DNA of 46,518 bases from contig JBBILZ010000012.1 of the NCBI GenBank assembly GCA_037444665.1, forward strand, positions 1 to 46,518, read 5' to 3'. Both the position numbers and the translations under genes were made by a program. Positions 26,957 to 34,470 of the stretch are shown in pieces. The notes under the pieces were generated by a model, which saw only the letters and a list, made by a program, of their open reading frames with translations, did no database searches and was not told the DNA's origin. The DNA comes from a candidate division WOR-3 bacterium. Lineage in GTDB: Bacteria; Hydrothermota; Tepidihabitantia; SM23-42; JAOAFX01. Every line of letters begins with the position of its first letter. The first letter of the stretch is position 1.

Positions 26957-28468
26957 TTATATCCTCAATTTTGATACTTCAAATTTGTATGTAAAATAAG
27001 TGAGAATTGCTTTGGTAACAAAGACCGCACAGATAAGATTCGCAATCAGACCAATAATCAGTGTCAGAGCAAAACCACGGATCGGACCGGTTCCAAAAAT
27101 ATACAGCACAATTCCCGTAATAATAGTAGTAACATTTGAATCAAAGATTGCTAACCAGGCACGGCTAAAACCCTGGTCAATTGCAGTAAGCACAGTTTTA
27201 CCGATACGCAACTCTTCTCTTATCCTCTCAAAGATAAGGACATTTGCATCAACAGACATCGCAATTGTTAAGGCGATTCCTGCGATACCGGGCATAGTCA
27301 GTGTGCCACCAAATGCCGAAAGTATACCGACGAGTAATATTACATTCAACACAAGGGCAAAATTTGCAACAAGTCCGGTCAATGAATAGTAAACCAGCAT
27401 AAATATCACTACAAATAGTGCACCCAGAAGTGATGCACGAATACCACTGGTGATTGAATCCTTACCCAGTGAAGGACCAACTGAGCGTTCTTCAGCAATC
27501 TTTAATGGCGCAGGTAGTGCACCTGCCCTTAACACAATCGCCAAATCCCTTGCCTCTTCAGCCTTGAAATTACCGGTAATGACTGCCTTTCCCTGAGGAA
27601 TCCTTTCCCTGATATATGGCGCAGACTGAACAACATCATCAAGCACAATTGCCAATCTTTTACCAACATTCCTGCCAGTAACTGAAGCAAACTGCCTTGC
27701 TGCTTCTCTTTTAAACTCAAGGTCAATCATCCAGGCACCAGAATATTGTAATTCGGAACCCTGGTATGGCCTATGTGTGGCATCACGAATAGTCTCGCCG
27801 GTCAATTCTGGTTCTTTTTTCAAAAGATAGAGCCTCTTAACTTCTTTTCCCTGATAGACCTCTTTTGTCCCAAAATAGAACTGCAAATCTTCAGGGATGA
27901 CACTCTGAGCCTGGGTAATAGCCACTTTTAAAGATTCTTCATCCCTGACATCAAATCCGATATCACCTTCCACACCGAATAGATATGAGCCGAACGGTTC
28001 TTCAAAACCGCTCGTATCTCCCTTAGCAAGGTATTTATCAATTGCCTTTATTACATCCTGTGTTTTATCACTCACAAGTTTAAATTCAAGATGTGCAACC
28101 TTCCGTATAATATTCAATGCCCTTTCTCTATCTACGCCAGGCAACTGGACAATAATTCTGGAATTACCCTGTTTTTCAATGGTGGGCTCAAATACACCAA
28201 ATTCATCAATACGATTCTTCACAATCTCTAAGGCACGGTCCCTGAGGTCTGTTGGTTTTTCTTTTAACCCTGTGGTGTCTATTTCAAGAACAAGGTGCAT
28301 CCCACCCTTCAGGTCAAGTCCAAGGTGGATTGCCTTTTTCATCAAACTATTTTCTTCTTCTGATGAAAGTTCCTTTGTAGTATAGAATCGTAAAGTGGGG
28401 TATATGGTGTATAACCCAACAACTATAAGAATTATGACTATCGCCAGTTTCAAACCAATATTTTTCAT
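26957..28468 (-). CDS. secD: Protein translocase subunit SecD
   Basis: LGLDLKGG, LRAGALPAP, VGPSLG, VDANVLIFERIREE. Confidence 0.95.
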   Translation of the reverse strand: MKNIGLKLAIVIILIVVGLYTIYPTLRFYTTKELSSEEENSLMKKAIHLGLDLKGGMHLVLEIDTTGLKEKPTDLRDRALEIVKNRIDEFGVFEPTIEKQGNSRIIVQLPGVDRERALNIIRKVAHLEFKLVSDKTQDVIKAIDKYLAKGDTSGFEEPFGSYLFGVEGDIGFDVRDEESLKVAITQAQSVIPEDLQFYFGTKEVYQGKEVKRLYLLKKEPELTGETIRDATHRPYQGSELQYSGAWMIDLEFKREAARQFASVTGRNVGKRLAIVLDDVVQSAPYIRERIPQGKAVITGNFKAEEARDLAIVLRAGALPAPLKIAEERSVGPSLGKDSITSGIRASLLGALFVVIFMLVYYSLTGLVANFALVLNVILLVGILSAFGGTLTMPGIAGIALTIAMSVDANVLIFERIREELRIGKTVLTAIDQGFSRAWLAIFDSNVTTIITGIVLYIFGTGPIRGFALTLIIGLIANLICAVFVTKAILTYFTYKFEVSKLRI

Positions 28469-29175
28469 TTTACTCCTTTTATTAATCTGACCATCTCTTC
28501 AGTTGCCTTTCTGAAACCAACAAAGACAGAACGGGCAACAATTGCAAAACCTATTGAATAACCTGTAATCTCTTTAATCATTAACAGGTTCATAATATTT
28601 TTATAATCAATACCATGGCCTGCATGGACTGAGAGTCCTGATTCAGATGCCTTCTTTGCCATATTCTTGATTTTTTCAATCTCTATTAAATCCTTCGGAT
28701 TCTTTGAATATTCATTGGTGTTTATTTCAATATACTCAGCGCCAATTTTTTTTGCTTCAAAAATTTGTTCTGGCTCCGGGTCAATAAATACACCAACCTT
28801 TATTCCTGAATCTTTCAGCCCTTTTACAAACTTATTCAAATCTCCTTTAAAATTGACCAAATTCAAACCACCCTGTGTTGTTACTTCTCCTGGTGACTCT
28901 GGCACGAGTGTAACCCGGTCAGGTTTTATAGATACAGCAATTTTAAACATTTCTTCAGTCACTGCCATCTCCAAATTCAATTCGGTCTTGATGACTTCTC
29001 TGAGTAGTTTCAAATCCCTTTCTTTAATGTGCCTGCGGTCACCCCTTAAATGGACAGTAATTCCATCTGCACCACCGAGTTCAGCCTCTACCGCGGCAAA
29101 GACCGGGTCAGGAAATTTTTCTTTGCGCGCCTCGCGCAAGGTTGCAATATGGTCAATATTGACTGAAAGTTCCAT
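28465..29175 (-). CDS. pdxJ: Pyridoxine 5'-phosphate synthase
   Basis: VNIDHIATLR, GITVHLR.DRRHI, HAGHG. Start ATG 29175. Confidence 0.95.
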   Translation of the reverse strand: MELSVNIDHIATLREARKEKFPDPVFAAVEAELGGADGITVHLRGDRRHIKERDLKLLREVIKTELNLEMAVTEEMFKIAVSIKPDRVTLVPESPGEVTTQGGLNLVNFKGDLNKFVKGLKDSGIKVGVFIDPEPEQIFEAKKIGAEYIEINTNEYSKNPKDLIEIEKIKNMAKKASESGLSVHAGHGIDYKNIMNLLMIKEITGYSIGFAIVARSVFVGFRKATEEMVRLIKGVK

Positions 29176-29180
29176 TGGCA

Positions 29181-29208
29181 ATTATATCCAAAATTTTATC
29201 AGTGTCAA
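29181..29208 (-). promoter_or_regulatory. Promoter of pdxJ-secDF-pgpA (likely leaderless)
   Basis: TTGACA-N16-TATAAT; ATG follows 5 nt later. Confidence 0.7.
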
Positions 29209-29231
29209 CTGAACAATTAAAAAAGCAATAA

Positions 29232-29267
29232 ACCCCCTGAATTTTAAATTATAAACACTCAGGGGGT
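29232..29267 (-). terminator. Hairpin after the secreted protein gene
   Basis: ACCCCCTGA/TCAGGGGGT stem followed by a T-rich tract on the minus strand. Confidence 0.55.
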
Positions 29268-29287
29268 CTATTGTTAAAAAGTATTTC

Positions 29288-30910
29288 TTACTGCAGTAAT
29301 ACTGCCTTTTGAGTAAGGATTCTATCACATGTAGAAATACTCAATATATAGATTCCTACAGGCACTTTCCTTTCATAATTATCAGTTCCATTCCACAGAA
29401 CAGAAGAACTATTAGCAATAATGGATTGGGTCTTAATCAATTTTCCTGATAGGTCATAGACCTTCAGTAACAGCTTCTTTCCGATAAGTTCAGAACTCAG
29501 ATTAATGGAGACTTTATCCTTAAATGGATTAGGATATAATCGCAATTTATTAGATTTTGTAAAATCAGACTCACTGATACCGATAGGTGCATCCCTTCGT
29601 GCGGCATAGATCTCAATACCATCAGTGCCGGAATTTCTTGTATCTTCCCAGGTTGAATGGAAATAAGCAGGTGTCCACAAGAGTGCGGTAGCATGATAGG
29701 CATTATTTGCCGATGCATTGTCTGTTACAATCTCAGGGCTCGTCTGCCAGGTTCCTTCCTGTCCATTCCAGACAGAAAAGTTATGTCTAACAGTATTAGC
29801 ATCATAGATATAATTACAGCCAATCGTAGTTGCAAAGCCACCCAATCTCGGATATGTTTCGTTTGTAGCATCATTTGTAATATCAATGAGATTCCCATTC
29901 CAGGTTGCGCCATAATCAGTTGAGAAGTTGAACAGAATATCATTATTACCACTACCAACATCTGCCTGTATTGCAATATAGGCATAACCCTGCGTGCAGA
30001 AGACTGAAGGATAGCGGTCATTAAGTGTATTATTTGTTGACCAACCATAGAAATTGCCTGAACCATTGAGTGTATCAAGATACCAGACCACATCCCAATC
30101 ATTGCCAGTAGCATCAAAATATTCAATGCCATGGATGAGAATAGTATCAGTCCCAGAGACATCAAGACCGATTGAGGTCATACCAGGGTTACCTCCAGGC
30201 GGTCTGATAGTAAAAACCCAGTAATTCGTGCTGTCATAGGAAAAAATGCAAAAGACACTGTCATTATTACCTGTCCGGTCAACGGTATATTGGGCAAAAA
30301 GCATTTGATTACCATTACCCCAGGTTACACATTCGGGATAGACACGATAAGGAATGTCAAAGTAGCTAAAGCCGCGAAGACTATCAGGATTATTATAACA
30401 GGTCGCACTTGAACGCAAAAAGCATGGGGCGTTGTTTATCCCTCCCTGACTTAGAACGCCCCACATCAGGATCTTTCCATCATTGGTCACCGCAACCTCG
30501 GGATTAGATTCACTATATGTCGTGCCCCCTGTTCTATATAACCTGTTGTCCCAGGTCAAGCCACCATCTGTAGAACTTGCCAGCCCAAAACCATATCTAA
30601 CAGGCGCTGCATTATAAATGCCAGTATAAGCAACATAAATCCTACTGTCCGGTCCCACTGCCATAGAAAGCATCTGGTCGTCAAGGTTACTTACATCAGG
30701 TATCTGAACGCTTGTGCTCCAGGGCGGGTCACGATACAATAACCAGGGTGGAGTTGTAGAGATACCAGTATTAATACACTCAAGTGGTTCCTGTAGTTCC
30801 ACAGGCTGAATCGGTTGAATATCCACTGCAATTTGAGGCACTTGCACAATGCCCAGTTGATTTGCAAAAGACAAAACCAACCCAACCATTATTAACCCTA
30901 AAACCTTCAT
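29288..30910 (-). CDS. Secreted BNR/Asp-box-like protein with C-terminal T9SS/FlgD-like sorting domain
   Basis: Signal peptide; STDGGLTW and STDYGATW; C-terminal YPNPF..VYDLSGK..WNG..GIY. Confidence 0.8.
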   Translation of the reverse strand: MKVLGLIMVGLVLSFANQLGIVQVPQIAVDIQPIQPVELQEPLECINTGISTTPPWLLYRDPPWSTSVQIPDVSNLDDQMLSMAVGPDSRIYVAYTGIYNAAPVRYGFGLASSTDGGLTWDNRLYRTGGTTYSESNPEVAVTNDGKILMWGVLSQGGINNAPCFLRSSATCYNNPDSLRGFSYFDIPYRVYPECVTWGNGNQMLFAQYTVDRTGNNDSVFCIFSYDSTNYWVFTIRPPGGNPGMTSIGLDVSGTDTILIHGIEYFDATGNDWDVVWYLDTLNGSGNFYGWSTNNTLNDRYPSVFCTQGYAYIAIQADVGSGNNDILFNFSTDYGATWNGNLIDITNDATNETYPRLGGFATTIGCNYIYDANTVRHNFSVWNGQEGTWQTSPEIVTDNASANNAYHATALLWTPAYFHSTWEDTRNSGTDGIEIYAARRDAPIGISESDFTKSNKLRLYPNPFKDKVSINLSSELIGKKLLLKVYDLSGKLIKTQSIIANSSSVLWNGTDNYERKVPVGIYILSISTCDRILTQKAVLLQ

Positions 30911-30929
30911 TTAACCTCCTTTTATATGC

Positions 30930-30957
30930 ATTTTACATAAAATTCAATGGTTGCCAA
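30930..30957 (-). promoter_or_regulatory. Putative promoter
   Basis: TTGGCA-N16-TAAAAT upstream of an AGGAGG RBS. Confidence 0.5.
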
Positions 30958-30959
30958 TG

Positions 30960-31100
30960 GAAACTTGATACTGGATACTTCCTTGATTCTTGATACTGGA
31001 TAAAGGAAATGCGGAAAACTGAGACCGAGCACTGGCGGGAGCCTCAGGGGAACGGGGTGTCGGAGGGTCGGTGCCTCGGAGCTACTTACTACCTACTCTT
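30960..31100. repeat. Degenerate 7-8-bp repeat mosaic
   Basis: GATACTG/GATTCTT 7-mers, CGG-initiated 8-mers, CTAC repeats. Confidence 0.6.
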
Positions 31101-31685
31101 ACTATTTTCATTGTTCATCTTTGACTTTAAAGAGATCCAGAAACCAGGGAACAGGTCTAATGATAAATAAAGACTTCCCCAATCAATTGGCCAGTCATTA
31201 AATCCTTCCTCTTCTACATTAAAGAATATCCGACTATCGGTCTTTACTCTATTATAACCAATGCGAAAACTGAAAAGATAATAAGTAAAACCAAAACCTA
31301 AATCAAGGAGCATACCCCGCTGGAATCCCCAGGGGCAGAAACCTGCGTAAAAATATGAAACCATTGGTGTTATATCCCCGGTCCTGCGGTGTGAGGCAAA
31401 GGGAATACCATATAAATATACTGGTGCAATAAAACCAGCAAGTTCTATGCTATCACCGTCAAAAGTGCCGTTATTATAGAGCCTGAACCCCTTTGTGCCA
31501 ATGCCAAATGATTTATGGATAATAGCAAGTTCAACTGCCCGTCCATCAAGATGTTCTGTAATATCAACACTGGCATTCGCAATATTAAAATACCCACGCC
31601 ATAATGTTCTATAAGATTCAGCAAAACAAAGACCAAGGATACTAAATAAAAGCAATAACAGAACAAAAATTGAAAAATTTTTCAT
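31089..31685 (-). CDS. Secreted hypothetical protein, possible outer-membrane beta-barrel
   Basis: Signal peptide; aromatic/Gly-rich alternating segments. Confidence 0.65.
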   Translation of the reverse strand: MKNFSIFVLLLLLFSILGLCFAESYRTLWRGYFNIANASVDITEHLDGRAVELAIIHKSFGIGTKGFRLYNNGTFDGDSIELAGFIAPVYLYGIPFASHRRTGDITPMVSYFYAGFCPWGFQRGMLLDLGFGFTYYLFSFRIGYNRVKTDSRIFFNVEEEGFNDWPIDWGSLYLSLDLFPGFWISLKSKMNNENSKSR

Positions 31686-31686
31686 T

Positions 31687-32463
31687 TTAAGATTCTCCTG
31701 ACAATTCTAAAGAAACTTTTTCTACAGTTTTTCTAACTTTTTCAATATCCTCTATATTATCAATTATCGGCTTAAGATAATTTTCGCTAAAAACTACAAA
31801 GCCATTTTTGAGTAGAATAAAATATTTGCGAAAAGAATCTAATGCCTTTACATAGCCATTTTTATCCTTAACTCTGGGACTTTCACTTCTTCTTACGAAT
31901 TCTTCAATATTGAAAACAGCATACGGAATGGTAATTACAGTCTTCTTGCTCCCAGCTGTTCGCGCTTCTTTTCTTTGGCTTATCTTAGATACTTGAAAAT
32001 TAATCTCATTAACTTTTGCATCTATTCCTTTAACATCCAGTTCTGCATTACATTCAAGTCGCAAGTTCTTATTTTCTTTTGCGCAGACATACTCAAACAT
32101 ATAACAAAAGTCTAACTGCGTGAGAACTGAAACCCAGGTTCTATACATTCTGGCTTTGAATCCTTTCTTAAACCAACCATCATTGTCTTTATCAAAATAG
32201 TACTTCTTAAATTGCCTAAGTGCTCCTTTACTTTGAGGTTCTGTATTAATTTCTTCCCAAAAAGTTTCAAACCAATCTTCAAAACTTAAAAATTCTCTTG
32301 TTTCCCAGTAATACTTGAAAATTGATGCCAGCGGCAATATTTCTTTAGGTAAATTCTGTTCTACCCATTTAATATCTTTTAATTCTTCTCTATATTTATC
32401 CAGCGGGATGCTTTCAAGAAATTTACGATATTTTCCAAAGTCTTCAATGGGATTTTTCTTCAT
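31687..32463 (-). CDS. TaqI-family type II restriction endonuclease
   Basis: IKWVEQNLP, ARMYRT..S..TQ.DFCY, ELDVKGIDA, IPY and NGFVVF parallel R.TaqI as recalled. ATGA overlap with the MTase stop supports ATG 32463. Confidence 0.88.
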   Translation of the reverse strand: MKKNPIEDFGKYRKFLESIPLDKYREELKDIKWVEQNLPKEILPLASIFKYYWETREFLSFEDWFETFWEEINTEPQSKGALRQFKKYYFDKDNDGWFKKGFKARMYRTWVSVLTQLDFCYMFEYVCAKENKNLRLECNAELDVKGIDAKVNEINFQVSKISQRKEARTAGSKKTVITIPYAVFNIEEFVRRSESPRVKDKNGYVKALDSFRKYFILLKNGFVVFSENYLKPIIDNIEDIEKVRKTVEKVSLELSGES

Positions 32464-33881
32464 AATTTTGCCTCTCTTTTTATCTTTTGCCATTCTCTTT
32501 TATTTGGTAAAGGTAAGTTTTTTAATTGAGTAATACTTAAATGATAAGTTATTTCTCTATAAGTATCTTTCACATATTTTCTTAAATATTCTGAGTTAAG
32601 ATATTCAACCACCTCTGAATCATTTAAATCATATTCAACCGTAAACAAATCACTTTTTCTTAAAAGATGGTAAACATCTCCCATCCAGGGGTAACATTTC
32701 CCATCAATTGCAGCAGCAACTTTCCCATTTTCTCGAAACCCTAATCCGACTACAATATGAGGAATAGAAAAATATGTGCGAAGTTTCTTTGCATCTGTTT
32801 TTTTAATCCAGTAGCCTGTAAAGTTATCATAGATAATTTTCCCACATTTTAGATTTCTACCATTCAAAAGTGGGAAATAATTATTTTTGTTGGTTCCTTT
32901 ATAGTTTTCATTTTTTATTATGTAATCATTATTTTTTATTTCCGGGGTCCTTGGAGAAATTCTTATTTCATAAACATCTTCTAACTTATAAGAACAATTA
33001 CTCTCTAAGGTGCTGGTCCAATCTGTCTCAAACTTAATCACTTCACCTTGCCAGTTAGAGTCCATTTTTATTGTCCTAATTTTGTTGTCTCTATATTCTA
33101 AAAATTCTAATCTATGAACAAACCTATCAGATCTAATAAAATTTAACACAACCGATGAAACATCTGCCTCTGGTTTAAATATATCTGGTCCCATATAGAT
33201 TATTGCGGTTCCTCCATTTTGAGATAAAAAAGTTCTCAGTTTTTTAAATTCATCGAGAATCATAAATGTTGCAGGAATAATAAAAATTAGTTGTCCTTCA
33301 GGCTTAAGCAATTTAATGGATTTCTCTATAAAGGCACCGTAAACATTGTATTTTCCATACCAGGTTTCATAAAGACTTTTATATCTTTCTTTAGTAGAAC
33401 TGTCCACTTTGATTGTATAATGATCAGAAAGACTTGGAATGCCATAAGGTGGATTTCCTATTATTAAATCAAAAAAGAATGATGATTGCCATAAAAGATA
33501 ATCAGCATTAATTATCTCAATATCATTTCCAATATTTACAGTGGCTAAATAATTGACAATGTCTCGATTAATTTCTACACCAAAGAGTTTTGCTTTTTTG
33601 AAAACAGCGGGCAAATTCCTTTTTATTCCGATTAGAAACTGTGCCAAACCACAGGCAGGTTCTAATATGGTAATACCCTTCTTATCAAAAAATTTAGCCA
33701 CATCAATAAGGTTAACCATAAAATCAACGACCCATTCCGGAGTGAAAAACATTCCATAATCTTTCTTGATACTTTTTAGATTGTCATTCACTATGCATTG
33801 ATGGACTTTGTAGTCCACCAATGCTTCTTCTCTCACCAGTAATGGTTTGTATCTGTTTTGCCGATATTTTATCTTTTTCAT
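32460..33881 (-). CDS. TaqI-like N6-adenine DNA methyltransferase (gamma class)
   Basis: TPEWVVDFM, LEPACG, GNPPYG, GKYNVYGAF and GRNLK parallel M.TaqI as recalled. Confidence 0.92.
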   Translation of the reverse strand: MKKIKYRQNRYKPLLVREEALVDYKVHQCIVNDNLKSIKKDYGMFFTPEWVVDFMVNLIDVAKFFDKKGITILEPACGLAQFLIGIKRNLPAVFKKAKLFGVEINRDIVNYLATVNIGNDIEIINADYLLWQSSFFFDLIIGNPPYGIPSLSDHYTIKVDSSTKERYKSLYETWYGKYNVYGAFIEKSIKLLKPEGQLIFIIPATFMILDEFKKLRTFLSQNGGTAIIYMGPDIFKPEADVSSVVLNFIRSDRFVHRLEFLEYRDNKIRTIKMDSNWQGEVIKFETDWTSTLESNCSYKLEDVYEIRISPRTPEIKNNDYIIKNENYKGTNKNNYFPLLNGRNLKCGKIIYDNFTGYWIKKTDAKKLRTYFSIPHIVVGLGFRENGKVAAAIDGKCYPWMGDVYHLLRKSDLFTVEYDLNDSEVVEYLNSEYLRKYVKDTYREITYHLSITQLKNLPLPNKREWQKIKREAKL

Positions 33882-34102
33882 ATGCTTATGACTCTTTTAA
33901 GGTGACCGATGGCGTATAATTTGTCCATACCCGAACAGGTTCGTTTATAGTCCATAGTTGGAATGATAAACGAACTATTACATTTATCTCCCTTCTGCTT
34001 GGAGTGCCAGATTCTATTCTGTATTGAATCTCTTTTATCCATTACCACTCCTGAGCTTATCTCAATTCTTATACCTTTCTTAATTTGTTCTGCCTTAACC
34101 AC
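33878..34102 (-). CDS. Small ORF upstream of and coupled to the MTase
   Basis: GTG start at the predicted TSS; stop overlaps the MTase ATG (ATGA); no recognised motif. Confidence 0.35.
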   Translation of the reverse strand: MVKAEQIKKGIRIEISSGVVMDKRDSIQNRIWHSKQKGDKCNSSFIIPTMDYKRTCSGMDKLYAIGHLKRVISI

Positions 34103-34108
34103 AATTTT

Positions 34109-34136
34109 ATTATATATAACATTAAAAAATAATCAA
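34109..34136 (-). promoter_or_regulatory. Promoter upstream of the RM cassette
   Basis: TTGATT-N16-TATAAT. Confidence 0.55.
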
Positions 34137-34470
34137 GGGGAATAAAAGGAGAAGGCAATTGGGGGCAATTTAAGGCAGATAGAGGCAAAAGGGGTAAAGA
34201 AGGTGGAAGAAGGGGGAAAAGGAGTAAAGAAGGGGGAAAAAGATGTAGTATCGCTTCACTTGCAGTATTATTCGTGATTGAAAGGGTAATAAAGGGGTAT
34301 CAAGGGGAATTAGGGTGAATAAAGGAGCCTCAGGAGATGAAGCGATAGTATGTTGTAGATAGTAAACAGAAGATAAAATAAACAAAAAGAACAAAGAAAC
34401 TAAAAAGACTAAACAGACCAAATAGACCAGATAAACCAAATAGGCTAAAAAGGGCTAATGGGCGAAGAAG
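34137..34470. repeat. Repeat mosaic, opposite orientation to the one at 41.5-41.8 kb
   Basis: AGACCAAAT-type 9-mers, GGGG-containing 10-mers, GGCAATTTAAGGCA. Confidence 0.75.

Noticed and set aside
31005..31085. GC-rich stretch as an ncRNA or riboswitch
   Set aside because: Better explained by 8-bp periodic CGG repeats; no recognisable aptamer.
33900..33930. TTATACGCCATCGGTCA as an integron attC remnant
   Set aside because: No complementary arm, no RYYYAAC/GTTRRRY pair and no integrase visible.
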